A stretch of DNA of 52,286 nucleotides, counting the filler, from Sphacelaria rigidula (taxonomy: Eukaryota), in NCBI GenBank assembly GCA_964200075.2. It is 4 parts of 4 records of this genome, joined end to end, with 100 filler letters (N's around TTAATTAATTAA, not from the genome) between each part and the next. Parts side by side here need not be neighbours in the genome. Positions count along the whole stretch, not along the records: positions 26,198 to 39,192 come from CAXNAA020003242.1; 3 more parts are not named here. The stretch is one strand, 5' to 3'. Under the pieces are notes generated by a model. The model had not been told where the DNA came from. It saw nothing but the letters and a program-made list of their open reading frames with translations, and searched no databases. Numbering within the stretch: position 1 is the first letter of the stretch; every line of letters starts with the position of its first letter. Positions 26,495 through 36,800 of this stretch are shown one piece after another. A program made the position numbers and the translations under genes.

Positions 26495-26631
26495 CTACTT
26501 ATTATCAAAAAAAATTCGACTCCGATCTGGGCCAAATCGGGGTGTCGCGATTTCAGAACGATTTTTCCGCCGAGTTTTGCGAAACGTCGGTGGAAAGCCG
26601 AGGTCTCCCCGATTTGAGATAGATCTGTTGA

Positions 26632-26830
26632 CCCCTGGACCGCGAGGGTAGTCCATCTGGGTCATGCATGGGGTTTTCAAGTGAAATGTTCACCATTCAA
26701 CACATGACCTACTCCCGCCGTTCAAGGGTTAACCCTTAGACCGCGAGGTTAGTCTTCTGTTGAATCGGCATCAATTTCAAGTGAAAAAACATATGCATGA
26801 TCCAGAAAGACTAATCTCGCGGTCTAAGGG
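26632..26830. mobile_element. Pair of adjacent piggyBac-type MITEs sharing one TTAA
   Basis: 26632-26728 (degenerate), TTAA 26729-26732, then 26733-26830 (CCCTTAGACCGCGAGGTTAGTCTT...AAGACTAATCTCGCGGTCTAAGGG), then TTAA 26831-26834. Confidence 0.85.
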
Positions 26831-27238
26831 TTAATACCCAAGCCGAATCGCATTTGTAGGGGCATCTTCGCTATGCTGTTTGATATGGTGACGGTTACTA
26901 ATGTGCTATTGATCGCACTTGCGCTGTTTTTTACAGAATGTATGGCCAGACATGCACCGCGACCCCCCTATGCTCACCGCACAAGCGTATCCTCGTCTCG
27001 ATTCAGCTGGCTTCCTCCCCATCGCGAGATCGTTACAGCGTCGGCGTTAGCGTTTGTGTTATGCGCAAGTTACTGATGCGAAAATGACCTGGCGATCGGT
27101 AACTCCGAGAAATCATGGACGCTCCTCGCGGCCCAACTTGCTTTACATACCAAACGGACAGTCATTACCGGTTGTGATCACGATGACCATATGTGCTGCA
27201 TGGCAGATTCGGATATTTCGGGACCTGTCAGCTGTTTT

Positions 27239-27441
27239 CCCCTTGACCGCGACGATAGGTTACCTGCGGAATCGGCATCAATTTCACTTGAAAAATATCT
27301 TTGTGATCCGGATGGACTACCCTCCTCGCGGTCTACGGGTTAACGCTTAGACCGCGACGTTAGTCTTCCGTGGACTCGGCATCAATTTCAAGTGAAACAA
27401 AGTACACATGATCCAGAAAGACTAACCTCGCGGTCTAGGGG
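27239..27441. mobile_element. Second pair of adjacent piggyBac-type MITEs sharing one TTAA
   Basis: ~27239-27339, TTAA 27340-27343, then 27344-27441 (CGCTTAGACCGCGACGTTAGTCTT...AAGACTAACCTCGCGGTCTAGGGG). Same internal core GGCATCAATTTCAAGTGAAA. Confidence 0.8.
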
Positions 27442-29021
27442 TCAAAACCCTTAAACTCTTGCTCATATTGGATAAGAGTGTAGGATGATATCGCACCCGA
27501 CTAAAGTACTATGGATTTTTATCACCTGCATGGGATCAGTAACCCGACCACCCTGTCTCCGCTTATTCCAGCCCAGCAGATAGTATGGGACAGCGGACAC
27601 ACCGCGTGAAGTAGACATGGGACGATACAGCTTCTTCGCGAATGGGGAGGAACACGAGGTCACCACAGGATGTTTCGCCATCGGCCGAGTAGTTACCGTT
27701 GTCTGCCCGAAGCCTATTGTCCTCGGTCACAACGCGTCAGTGCAAGTAAGGACGCAGTCTCCATGCCTGTAAAACGAACACCCGGATGTCAACCTTCCAC
27801 AAGTTGCAACACCTGCCTCGAACAGCGATGGAAAGAAACCTGACTCGATGGTCCATATCTGTGCAGCTCGACAAATGATCGGTCTAGGATTTCCAAGCTT
27901 GTCCTTGAGCGTGCCTCCCGGGTCGCCGGAAGATCGTCTCCCGCGTGGCAAAGGGGTTGAGGGTCAAGAGGTGAGAATACACTGAAAACGATTCGTCTTG
28001 CCGTGAGCAGCGCTAGAAGAGTTTACCGTTGGCGGCACGATATCTGTGTGGTGCAGTAGGGGTAAACATGATGCTGTACGCATGACACGTCGCGTTTCTG
28101 GAACATCGCATTTGTCTCAAATTTCACCCTGAGAAAAACAATCGCGGACGGTATCATCTAAACGATCGAGGCTGTATGACGTGAGCACGACATGACTGAG
28201 TCCACTCGAAATGAGCAACTCGGGGGAATGTCCTCCGAGAGAAGTTCTCCGCGTGTGGTGCCGACCAATTGTTGACACAAGACCGCGATAGACTTGGGTT
28301 ACCTCCCCAACCATTCATGCATAAGAAGCCGTCGTTCACATCCTTTTGACGTCCAACCAGGAGCGCCTTGATTATCATTATGTAAGGCGGCGATATCAAA
28401 ATCCTACCAGACTGCGTCGGAGTCCTTTAAACACGCCGAAACATCGAGTGCTGTTGTGCAAAAAGGGGAGATTAGTGTTGCGCACTTAAGGAGCATGCGC
28501 CCACGCATGTTCCAATTTCGGGGGAAATAATGAGACACTCAAATACAGGCGCGACGAGTACTCTGCATGCATGTTCATACCGGCCAAAATACAACATAGG
28601 CAGCTCGTAGCGAGCGACGTCTGATATTATCTATCATTATGGGCACCATCTATCTATCCCACACTCTTTTTCCTGCAGATGCAGAAACGTATGGGTAAAG
28701 GCGGGCTATGGAGACGAAGTCTGAGGAAGAGCGCCCGGCGATACCTTTTAAAGTTCATGACATACGTCACACGAAAGGGCTAGGCAAACAATGAAAACGA
28801 CAAGCTGCGGAGGAACTATCCAAGGCGAGATGTACCAAGATATGTCTGTTGAATATCAGATCACGATCATCCACAACTTTTCGGTTTGTTGTACGTATGT
28901 CATTGCTCGACGTCGGCGTCGGGGAAAAAAATCGGATTTTCATGACGGATTGATACACGCGCGCATGCATGACATGATGCTACTGCATTATTGTTGTTGC
29001 CACGACCAGTGGCATCCATAA

Positions 29022-29920
29022 GGGTTCAGATCTTCGCGCGAAGCCTTGACTGTCATGGAGGATCTCATTCTCTGGCATGCTGGGCCTGGTTTCAGAAACC
29101 AACCCCAAACAAGCGCCTCAAGGGGGGGTTTTCGTAACCCAACACAAACGTTACTTGCTGTATGCAAAAGATTTACCGCCGGTATATGAAACCAGTCAGC
29201 ATCATGGCGGTCGTCAGGGGTGACACCTGTTGATGCGTACAGAAACGATAGGACACCGACTCGCTTACGCGAGGGCTGGTTTCAAAAACGACGAACAAAT
29301 GCACTTTGGTGATGATTTGAGCTCGGGTTCAAATCTCCGCGCGAAGCCTTGACTGTCATGGGGGATCTCGTTCTTTGGCATGCCGTACCTGGTTTCAGAA
29401 ACAAGCCCCATACAAGCGCCTCAAGGGGGTTGTTTCGTAACCCAAGACAGACGTAACGTGCTGTCCGCGAAAGAGTTACCGCCGGTGTATGAAAGCAATC
29501 GGCATCATGGAGGTCGTCGATGGTGACACACCTGATGATGCGTACAGAAACGATAGGACACCGGCTCACTGACGCGAGGGCTGGTTTCAGAAACCACGAA
29601 CAAATGCACCATGTACGACGGCTTGAGCTCGGGTTCAAATCTTTGCGGGAAGTCTCGACTGTCATGGAGGATCTCATTCCTCGGCATGCCGTACCTGGTT
29701 TCAGAAACAAGCCCCATACAAGCGCCTCAAGGAGGGGGTTTCGTAACCCAGCACAAACGTAATTTGCTGTGCGCCAAAGAGTTACCGCCGGTGTACGAAA
29801 ACAGTCCTTCGGCATCACAGCGGTCGTCAGTGGTGACACACATGTTGACGCGTACAGAAACGATAGCACACCGACTCACTTACGCGGGGTCTGGTTTCAG
29901 AAACCATGAACAAGTGCACT
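29022..29920. repeat. Tandem repeat, 3 units of ~303-306 bp
   Basis: Units start with GGGTTCA(G/A)ATCT at 29022, 29325 and 29631. Each unit carries two CTGGTTTCAGAAAC-like motifs. Confidence 0.9.
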
Positions 29921-32430
29921 ATCATCAAGGGGAGTGAAATTATGCTAGGCGCAAGCGCGGGCGGTCACGCGTCAGTATAGTTTACTCGGCTCATGCCACA
30001 ACGTGCGAACCATTACGTCAAGCCCCTTCGGCGGCACATACGTATATCGTCACCAGTGTCATTTTTCGCACTTGTGTCGAGTATGTTATTCACTGGGTTA
30101 CGAGACAGACGTCACGTGTGTGCATCCTGTAGGATGTACCGTCGTTGCAGTGCTGCCCCTGTCGTTACACATGTGCAGAACGAAAGCACCTGGCTTACCA
30201 ACTCAGTCACGTGGCGCATCGAAGAAGCATGTATCACATGATCCCTTGCTGGATAGTCATGGCATCCCTGGATTGGGCCCTTGAGTTATGGTATTGCTCT
30301 GCTTCACCATCCCCTGCAGTCAGCATATCTCATGAGACGATGAGCGGTGAACGCGACACTCTCATCTGACGCAATATACGTTGTGTCCCCCATGTACTCC
30401 ATGCGTGTCGCCGCCAGCTGCAAAAACCGTGCATGAGCTCGACGATTGAGGTTCTAGTCCTGATTGTACAGCAGGCGTCCATGAGGATGGACATAGTGTC
30501 TACCTCACACAACTGAAACTAGCGTTCGGTCTTGAAGGGACTCACCGTGGGCGGTAGCTGTGACCAAACAAAGAACCAAAACAGATGCGAACCCAGTTGC
30601 GTCAGCATGTATTACATCGAGCAACCCCTGATCACACACATGTTCTGTCGCCTCCTGGAGATAAGAGTGACGCCTCGTGGAAATAGGAGTGTCCCGTCTA
30701 GGCTCGTGTGTCGGGTGAAGATTGTTCGCGCACATACACGGAGGTCGATCACCGTATTTTCCGGAGGGAAGATGACGAAAGGGAGGACGTCTTCAACTGG
30801 AAGGACATACCATACCGCAAGGTCTTCCAGCATGGTATGGATGGGGCAAATCGTGTCTCGTCGGGAATAGCTCAGAGCAGACTTTCAAAGATGAATCCCC
30901 GAGACAGAAACAAACCTCGCTTCGCGATGGGGTCATGGGGAGTGCATCATGTGTCGGTGTAGGGGCGCGCCCGTACTCTTTCGACGCCATCATCACCGTT
31001 CGCATCCTCGTAAGTATATTTGAGTTCGAAAGCATCGTGGAAGTTCTATTTCAGTGGTGCTCGCCGTTGCAGCGGTCGGACAAGTGGCAAAACGGTTACC
31101 GCGATGAGAGTGATTAAATGTAGTGTAGGCCGTGACAGAACGGCACTGTCCATTAGATGCGTTTCCCCAACACCGGAGATACGTTTGCCTGCACAGTCTC
31201 CCAAAGGGTGAGCATACAATGAAATGTGTAGGATTCACAACTCAGGTCTTCGAAGGAGCGTCACTGTTGACCTCCACATGAGTGGATGATGTTACGAAAC
31301 TTCTCGGAAATCGCTGCGGTCGTGGTTTTGGCAACGATTATGTACAGTATCTGGTTTCCGAAACCAGACTGTGGAGAGCATGTCGTCCAAATGCGCCCCC
31401 ACAACTGTTCATTTGCGTAACTAGAGTGCCACTGGTCGCAAACGGCCGTGAACGTAACTCTCGCAAGCGCTCTCCGTCGGCGTCCCGCAAAATGCATCGC
31501 AGTGTTCAGGCGAAGATTCAAGCTGTTCTACGGGATATTCAAGTGACCATCTGTCATACGGTTATCCCCAACACTGAAGCCGAGATGTGGAAGGCGCTTG
31601 TTTCCGATATACGTGAGGAAGGTGACGACGGCGATGGTAGGAAGAGGCGCGAACGTCCGATCGCCAGCAACCTCGACGCCAACGACCGCATCCGGAAGGG
31701 TGGGTGCGACTTTGCGACGGCGTATATTTTCGCCCCGCAGTGAATGATGCCGCAGAAGAGGATGGGTGCCACGAGGCTATCCTCTTCTCCGTTCAAGGGC
31801 GATTTGTCGAAACTGTGCATCTATTTTCCCGGAGGTGGGGATAGACCCATACTCTGATTGGTTCGGGATGGAAATAGCATGCTCCCGAAGACCGGTGCTG
31901 ATGCGACAAAGTGGCGGAGCACGAAATCAGCTCCGGAGACAGGACGTAAGACTCGGGGCGGATGAAGGCGGCGTTTTTAGTAGAAACTAATGCTGCAGAA
32001 CTAAGTACTGTGAAAGCGTGTCCTAACCCTATGTGTCCTGGGACAGCGGCGGAGTTTTTTTTCTCCGGGAGGGAGGCGGGGGGGGAAGGGGGTTGTTTGG
32101 AAGCCTTACGCCACAGGACATGCGGTCTGATCATATCACCTCCCCTCTATGATTGTGGTTGTCATGGGAATCTAAGACATACAAAGCAAGGCTGCTGTGT
32201 TCCTCCACTTGGTCTGAAAGAGTCTCCGTGTTGTTAATTTCCTCATGTATATGGGGTAAGCACCAGTGGTCGCCCTTTCCCATCATTTGTGTCCTGATTT
32301 TATTGTCCCTTCACACGTTTGTGTCCCCATTATATTGTACTGTAGATACGTGGAGCTATGCATGGCTTGACAGAGAAATATTCAAAGGTTAGCATACGTT
32401 AAGCACGCGCGGCGTCTTTCGTCGTAAACA

Positions 32431-32804
32431 CACTTTCTACAATAGCCCCCCCCCACGCTTGGTATCGTTTTCGCCAGTGTCGCCCACATGACACGTGTCT
32501 CGTTGTAAAAAATCAGCGACCATGCCCACGTGAGGCGGGTTATGCACTGAGTGAGAGTACCAGCTCTGACGTCGTATATGGCCGATTCTTCGATGCACGT
32601 TTTGGGCTGTTTATTTGGGGGGGGGGGGCTATCGTAGAAAATGTCGGTTGAGGACGCGCCTTGCAGTCCTAAACCAGCTATGACGCCAATATGTTCGAGA
32701 CTGCAGCGTTTCGTGCAATCCTAAACCAGCTCTGACGCCGTATATGAGCAATTCTTTGATGCACTTTTTGGCCTGTTTTGGGGGGGGGGCTATCGTAGAA
32801 AGTG
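32431..32804. mobile_element. Non-autonomous TIR element with poly-G/C subterminal tracts
   Basis: Left end CACTTTCTACAATAGCCCCCCCC; right end GGGGGGGGCTATCGTAGAAAGTG. The right end is duplicated internally at ~32587-32646. No clean TSD (ACA/TCA). Confidence 0.55.
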
Positions 32805-33571
32805 TCACACAATAGTCGACTGAGTTTGTTTGACGTGAGTTGACGCGGTGCGGGAGTCCTGACCCAACCCGCGAGACCAAAGTGCAAGGCGCGTATCGGG
32901 GTAGAGATGGGTTGATCCCTCGAGGCCACGGACTCATCCCGCGAGGAAGGGAAGGAGTTCAAAGTGCGACAAAAACAAATAAGTAATGCGTACTTCGTTT
33001 TTTTTGTTGGGGGTGAAGATGGTGTCGGGGTAGGGGGACTTTCCGTTAATTGCCACGACAAGTCATGAAGTGTATGTTGTACACATTGCTTGACATGGCT
33101 GGAATGAGTGTTCGAGACGGTCTGCGGCATAGTTGGGGCATAATTTTCTGTGATGTGCTATGGAAGGGTGACGATGAGGTGAGGGGGGGGCAGGAGGAAT
33201 TTTTAGTTGATGGCCATATACTGTATACGCATGTCAGACGCGTCATGTACGATGCCTCTGAATGAGTTGATTGCTGTCAGGGGCTTGAATGGGTCTACGG
33301 AATGATATCAAGTACAGGTCGCGACTTGTTGGCAGTTTTACTAAAGACCGAGTATAGAACCTTACTTACCCGCACAGGATCGTACTGAGGCCGGTGTCTG
33401 TCCCTTTTCTTTTTGGGGGGGAGAGGGGGGCATACATATTTTCGTGGTCTGTCCTTGAAGGGGCAGGACTATTTGATGCAAAAGCAGGAAGCATATACGA
33501 CGTAATAAACTGCAAGGAAATCTTATTGTTAACTCTAACGGGTTGGACACGTTCCAAATGCGGGGCCTTGT

Positions 33572-33681
33572 GCAAGGTACGTTGCACAAGGTCCTGCAAG
33601 GTACCTTGCGAGATCTTGTGCAAGGTACCTTACAGGATCTTGTGTAGGGTACCTTGCAGGACCTTGTGCAAGGTACCTTGC
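33572..33681. repeat. 24-bp minisatellite built on the palindrome GCAAGGTACCTTGC (5 copies)
   Basis: Cores start at 33572, 33596, 33620, 33644 and 33668 (exact 24-bp period), separated by similar 10-bp linkers. Confidence 0.9.
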
Positions 33682-33889
33682 GCAACCTCACACGTTGCCA
33701 AATGCGGATAACCTACCTTGCCTGGGCAGGTTGAGGCAAGGTGCCTGCAAGGTCCTGGAGCCTGCCCCAGTGGCCACCTGTGCTTCCTCGAGCGGAAAAT
33801 CTCGACCTCATTCTCTTCAAACTGTAACGAATTTGAGCTCGATGAATGTTTTAGGCATCACAGAATAATCCAAATCAGATATTCCCGAT

Positions 33890-36800
33890 GTTTCTGCCTC
33901 TTCTACGGACGGCACCGAACATTGCTAATGACCAGCCGAGCTGTGGTCACCCTGGGGATCGCATCCCATCCACCATACCTTCTGGTGAGAAAGTTGATCC
34001 CCCGGCGAATCACCCGCTGTCCGTTTTCGCCGTCACCACTGCTGATCCCGATCAATTCACCTTGGCTGAACATGGCCCAAATCGTGTCAGTAGTACAGTA
34101 TCTGTTGATCCTGCCACTTTTACTATTCGCGTAGCGATTCATTATGGGTCATGCGCCACCACGCCTGCCTAATGTGTCTCTTTGTTAGATAGCGGCAGCC
34201 CACAAACACTTATCCGTTAATTAATGTGGGAACACATGAAACGAATTGGCGCTGCTTCAGCAACTTGCGAAATCACCACGCAGCCTCGAGTATGGGGCGG
34301 TTTTGGTGACTCCACCGCACCTTTGATCACACGGAAATTAGTTCGTTCCAGTGTGTTATTCTATAACAAAACAACTCGTTCTGCCAGCCTTGCAGTCTGA
34401 GCATATGTCGTCTCCGACAGCACCGTGGCTCACACCTTGCTAATGGGCCGAGATAGTTACATGCAGTTTGATCAATGCACCTACCGCACACTGCCAGAAC
34501 CATCGCCACAGTCTGCGCCTCGTGGAGAACTCAATCTTGAACGTTTCGGCACTCTTTACGGCGCCTTGGCCTATAAAAAAACCGAACGAGCTACCGGAGC
34601 TGCTTACCACTTACGATACGACAGAGATGTAAGAAACGGGTGACCGGTTATAACTGGTACTCAGGGTTTGCGGTACCTTACACGGAAATTCCAGGTTATT
34701 TATACGCACGGGGGCCCGCTCAATTGTTTGGGGTTTTTTTCCATGGTGTGGGCCCCCTTTCGCAGCACGCAGCACACACCTGTACACACACACATGAAGA
34801 CGGCCGCCTGCACAACCAAACGACACACAGTAGACAGCAGACCCCATCAGACCACCATGGCATCTGCCTCTTGGGGTGCTCTGGGGCCCACTCTCTCGGC
34901 TGAGTCGGAGAACACACAGCAGTACCTCAGTACATGACCGCATACAGCATGTCTCGATAGCTGCTTCCAAACGAAAAATATATCAAACATATACTTTGTA
35001 TACCACCCCGGGGATGGTACGTTTTCGTTCCCGGCCCGCGCGGTTATAAGTGGTACGTTACATGGTTCACGCGCCGTTTCTTACATCCCTGCGATACGAT
35101 GGTACTGCTGGTGTTACCCTCTGCGGTGATCGTCAACTGCTAGAAGTTGCCCTCGTTCGTCGAAATAGTATGCCTGCCCTTGCGGGACATTACCATACTG
35201 GAACTCTTCCTCGGGTTGGTGCGCCTGCCGGCACAGAACACATTGTCTCAGCCGGAAAACAGCTTTTAACCCTGACGGGTCATGCTAACTTGGAACCCGG
35301 TGATTTTGTTGGGTCGCTGCTGCCTCCCTCATGCACATTCCACTCGAGACATGTGCCACTGAACCCTCAGCGCCCAACTCGGCGCCTCTGACAGACTCTT
35401 CTGTCAACTGCGTCGATGAGCCTTACTTCGATATAACCTCTCCGCCTCCATCACGTGTCCACGCCGTCACAATCCACTCCCGACTCTCCTACCGAAGCAC
35501 TCCAACGTTTTTAATCATAATCTCGGAAACGTTCTTTGCACACTTGGAAACAACTTCCGCGCCATTTACGTGACATCAACGTTGACGTACATGGACCCGG
35601 TTGGGAACCCGCTATGATCAAATAATTGAGCGATGTTTTATTGGAGTACGAAGGCCGGTTTCCTCGATCCAAAACGGATCTGGGGTATTGCAAAACGCTT
35701 CCCTTTGAAATCACACTTAAACCTAGCGTTTTGCCAACCTCTTCTCGACCATATCGGACGAGCCCGTCATTACCAAAAAAAGTTAACACCATTTTAGATG
35801 CGTACTGAGATGTCGAATTAATCCAACACTCATCTTCCCCTTGGGACTCACCCCTAATGGTAGTCCCCAAAAAAGAGGGAACCATACGCATCACCGTGAA
35901 TTATCAACGGCTGAATCGGCTCACTGTGGTGGGGAAACTTCCAATTCCTCGCATAGATGAAGTCTTCGACTCTCTAGGTGAAGGCGAGATATTCAGTACC
36001 TTCGACCTCGCTTCTGCATTTTACAGAATGCCGTTTACCCTGACAGAGTCCCACTGACAGCGTTCTGTATCTTCAGGGCTCTATGAATGACTCTGTATCC
36101 CACAAGGCGCCACCACTGCACCACGTTGATTCCAACGCTTAATGCGGCGCGTTACAGAGAATCTCGAACACACCATCATGTACTTGGACGACACTATCGC
36201 CTTCGATGCCTCCCCTCTTGCGCATGTGCGCACCTACGAGAGCTTGTTCCTCGACTGGGGACGCACGATATGAAACTTTCTCCATCCAAAGCTCGCCTTG
36301 GCACGACTGAACTTGATTTCCTGGGACATTCAATTTCACCGGCGGGTCTACACCCGTAAACTAACAAAGTCAGAGCGATGGCTGAATTGGCGATGCCCAC
36401 AAACGTTACTCAACTCCGTGCATACTGGGTGGACTGTCCTACTATCGCAAATATTCGCCTCACCTGCCAAAACGGATTCGCCCCATTACGGACTTGCTTC
36501 AAAAAGGAGCCGCGTTTGTCTTCACCAAAGACATCGAAGCTATCGTTCGCGAGTTGCTGAAAACGCTCACCGAAAAAACGGTATTTTGTTTCCCACATTA
36601 GGATGCAGTCCAAGACGGCTCTTCAACTGCGCACAGACGCCAGCACTGACGGGTTCAGCGCGGTCCTGAATCAGCCTCAATTCGATAGCTCTATTCGACC
36701 CACCATCCTCTATATCAGTCGCGCCACCCTGCCAAACGAGGCCAACTGAAGCCCACTGGCGTTGGAAGGCGGAGTCATCACTTGGGCAATGAAGCGTCTT

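Noticed and set aside
26241..27445. CRISPR-like or integron-like cassette array
   Set aside because: Units are whole TIR elements with TTAA flanks, in mixed orientation and irregular spacing.
33572..33681. CRISPR-like array of palindromic repeats
   Set aside because: Repeats are only 14 bp, the 10-bp spacers resemble each other, there are no cas genes and the context is eukaryotic. It is a minisatellite.
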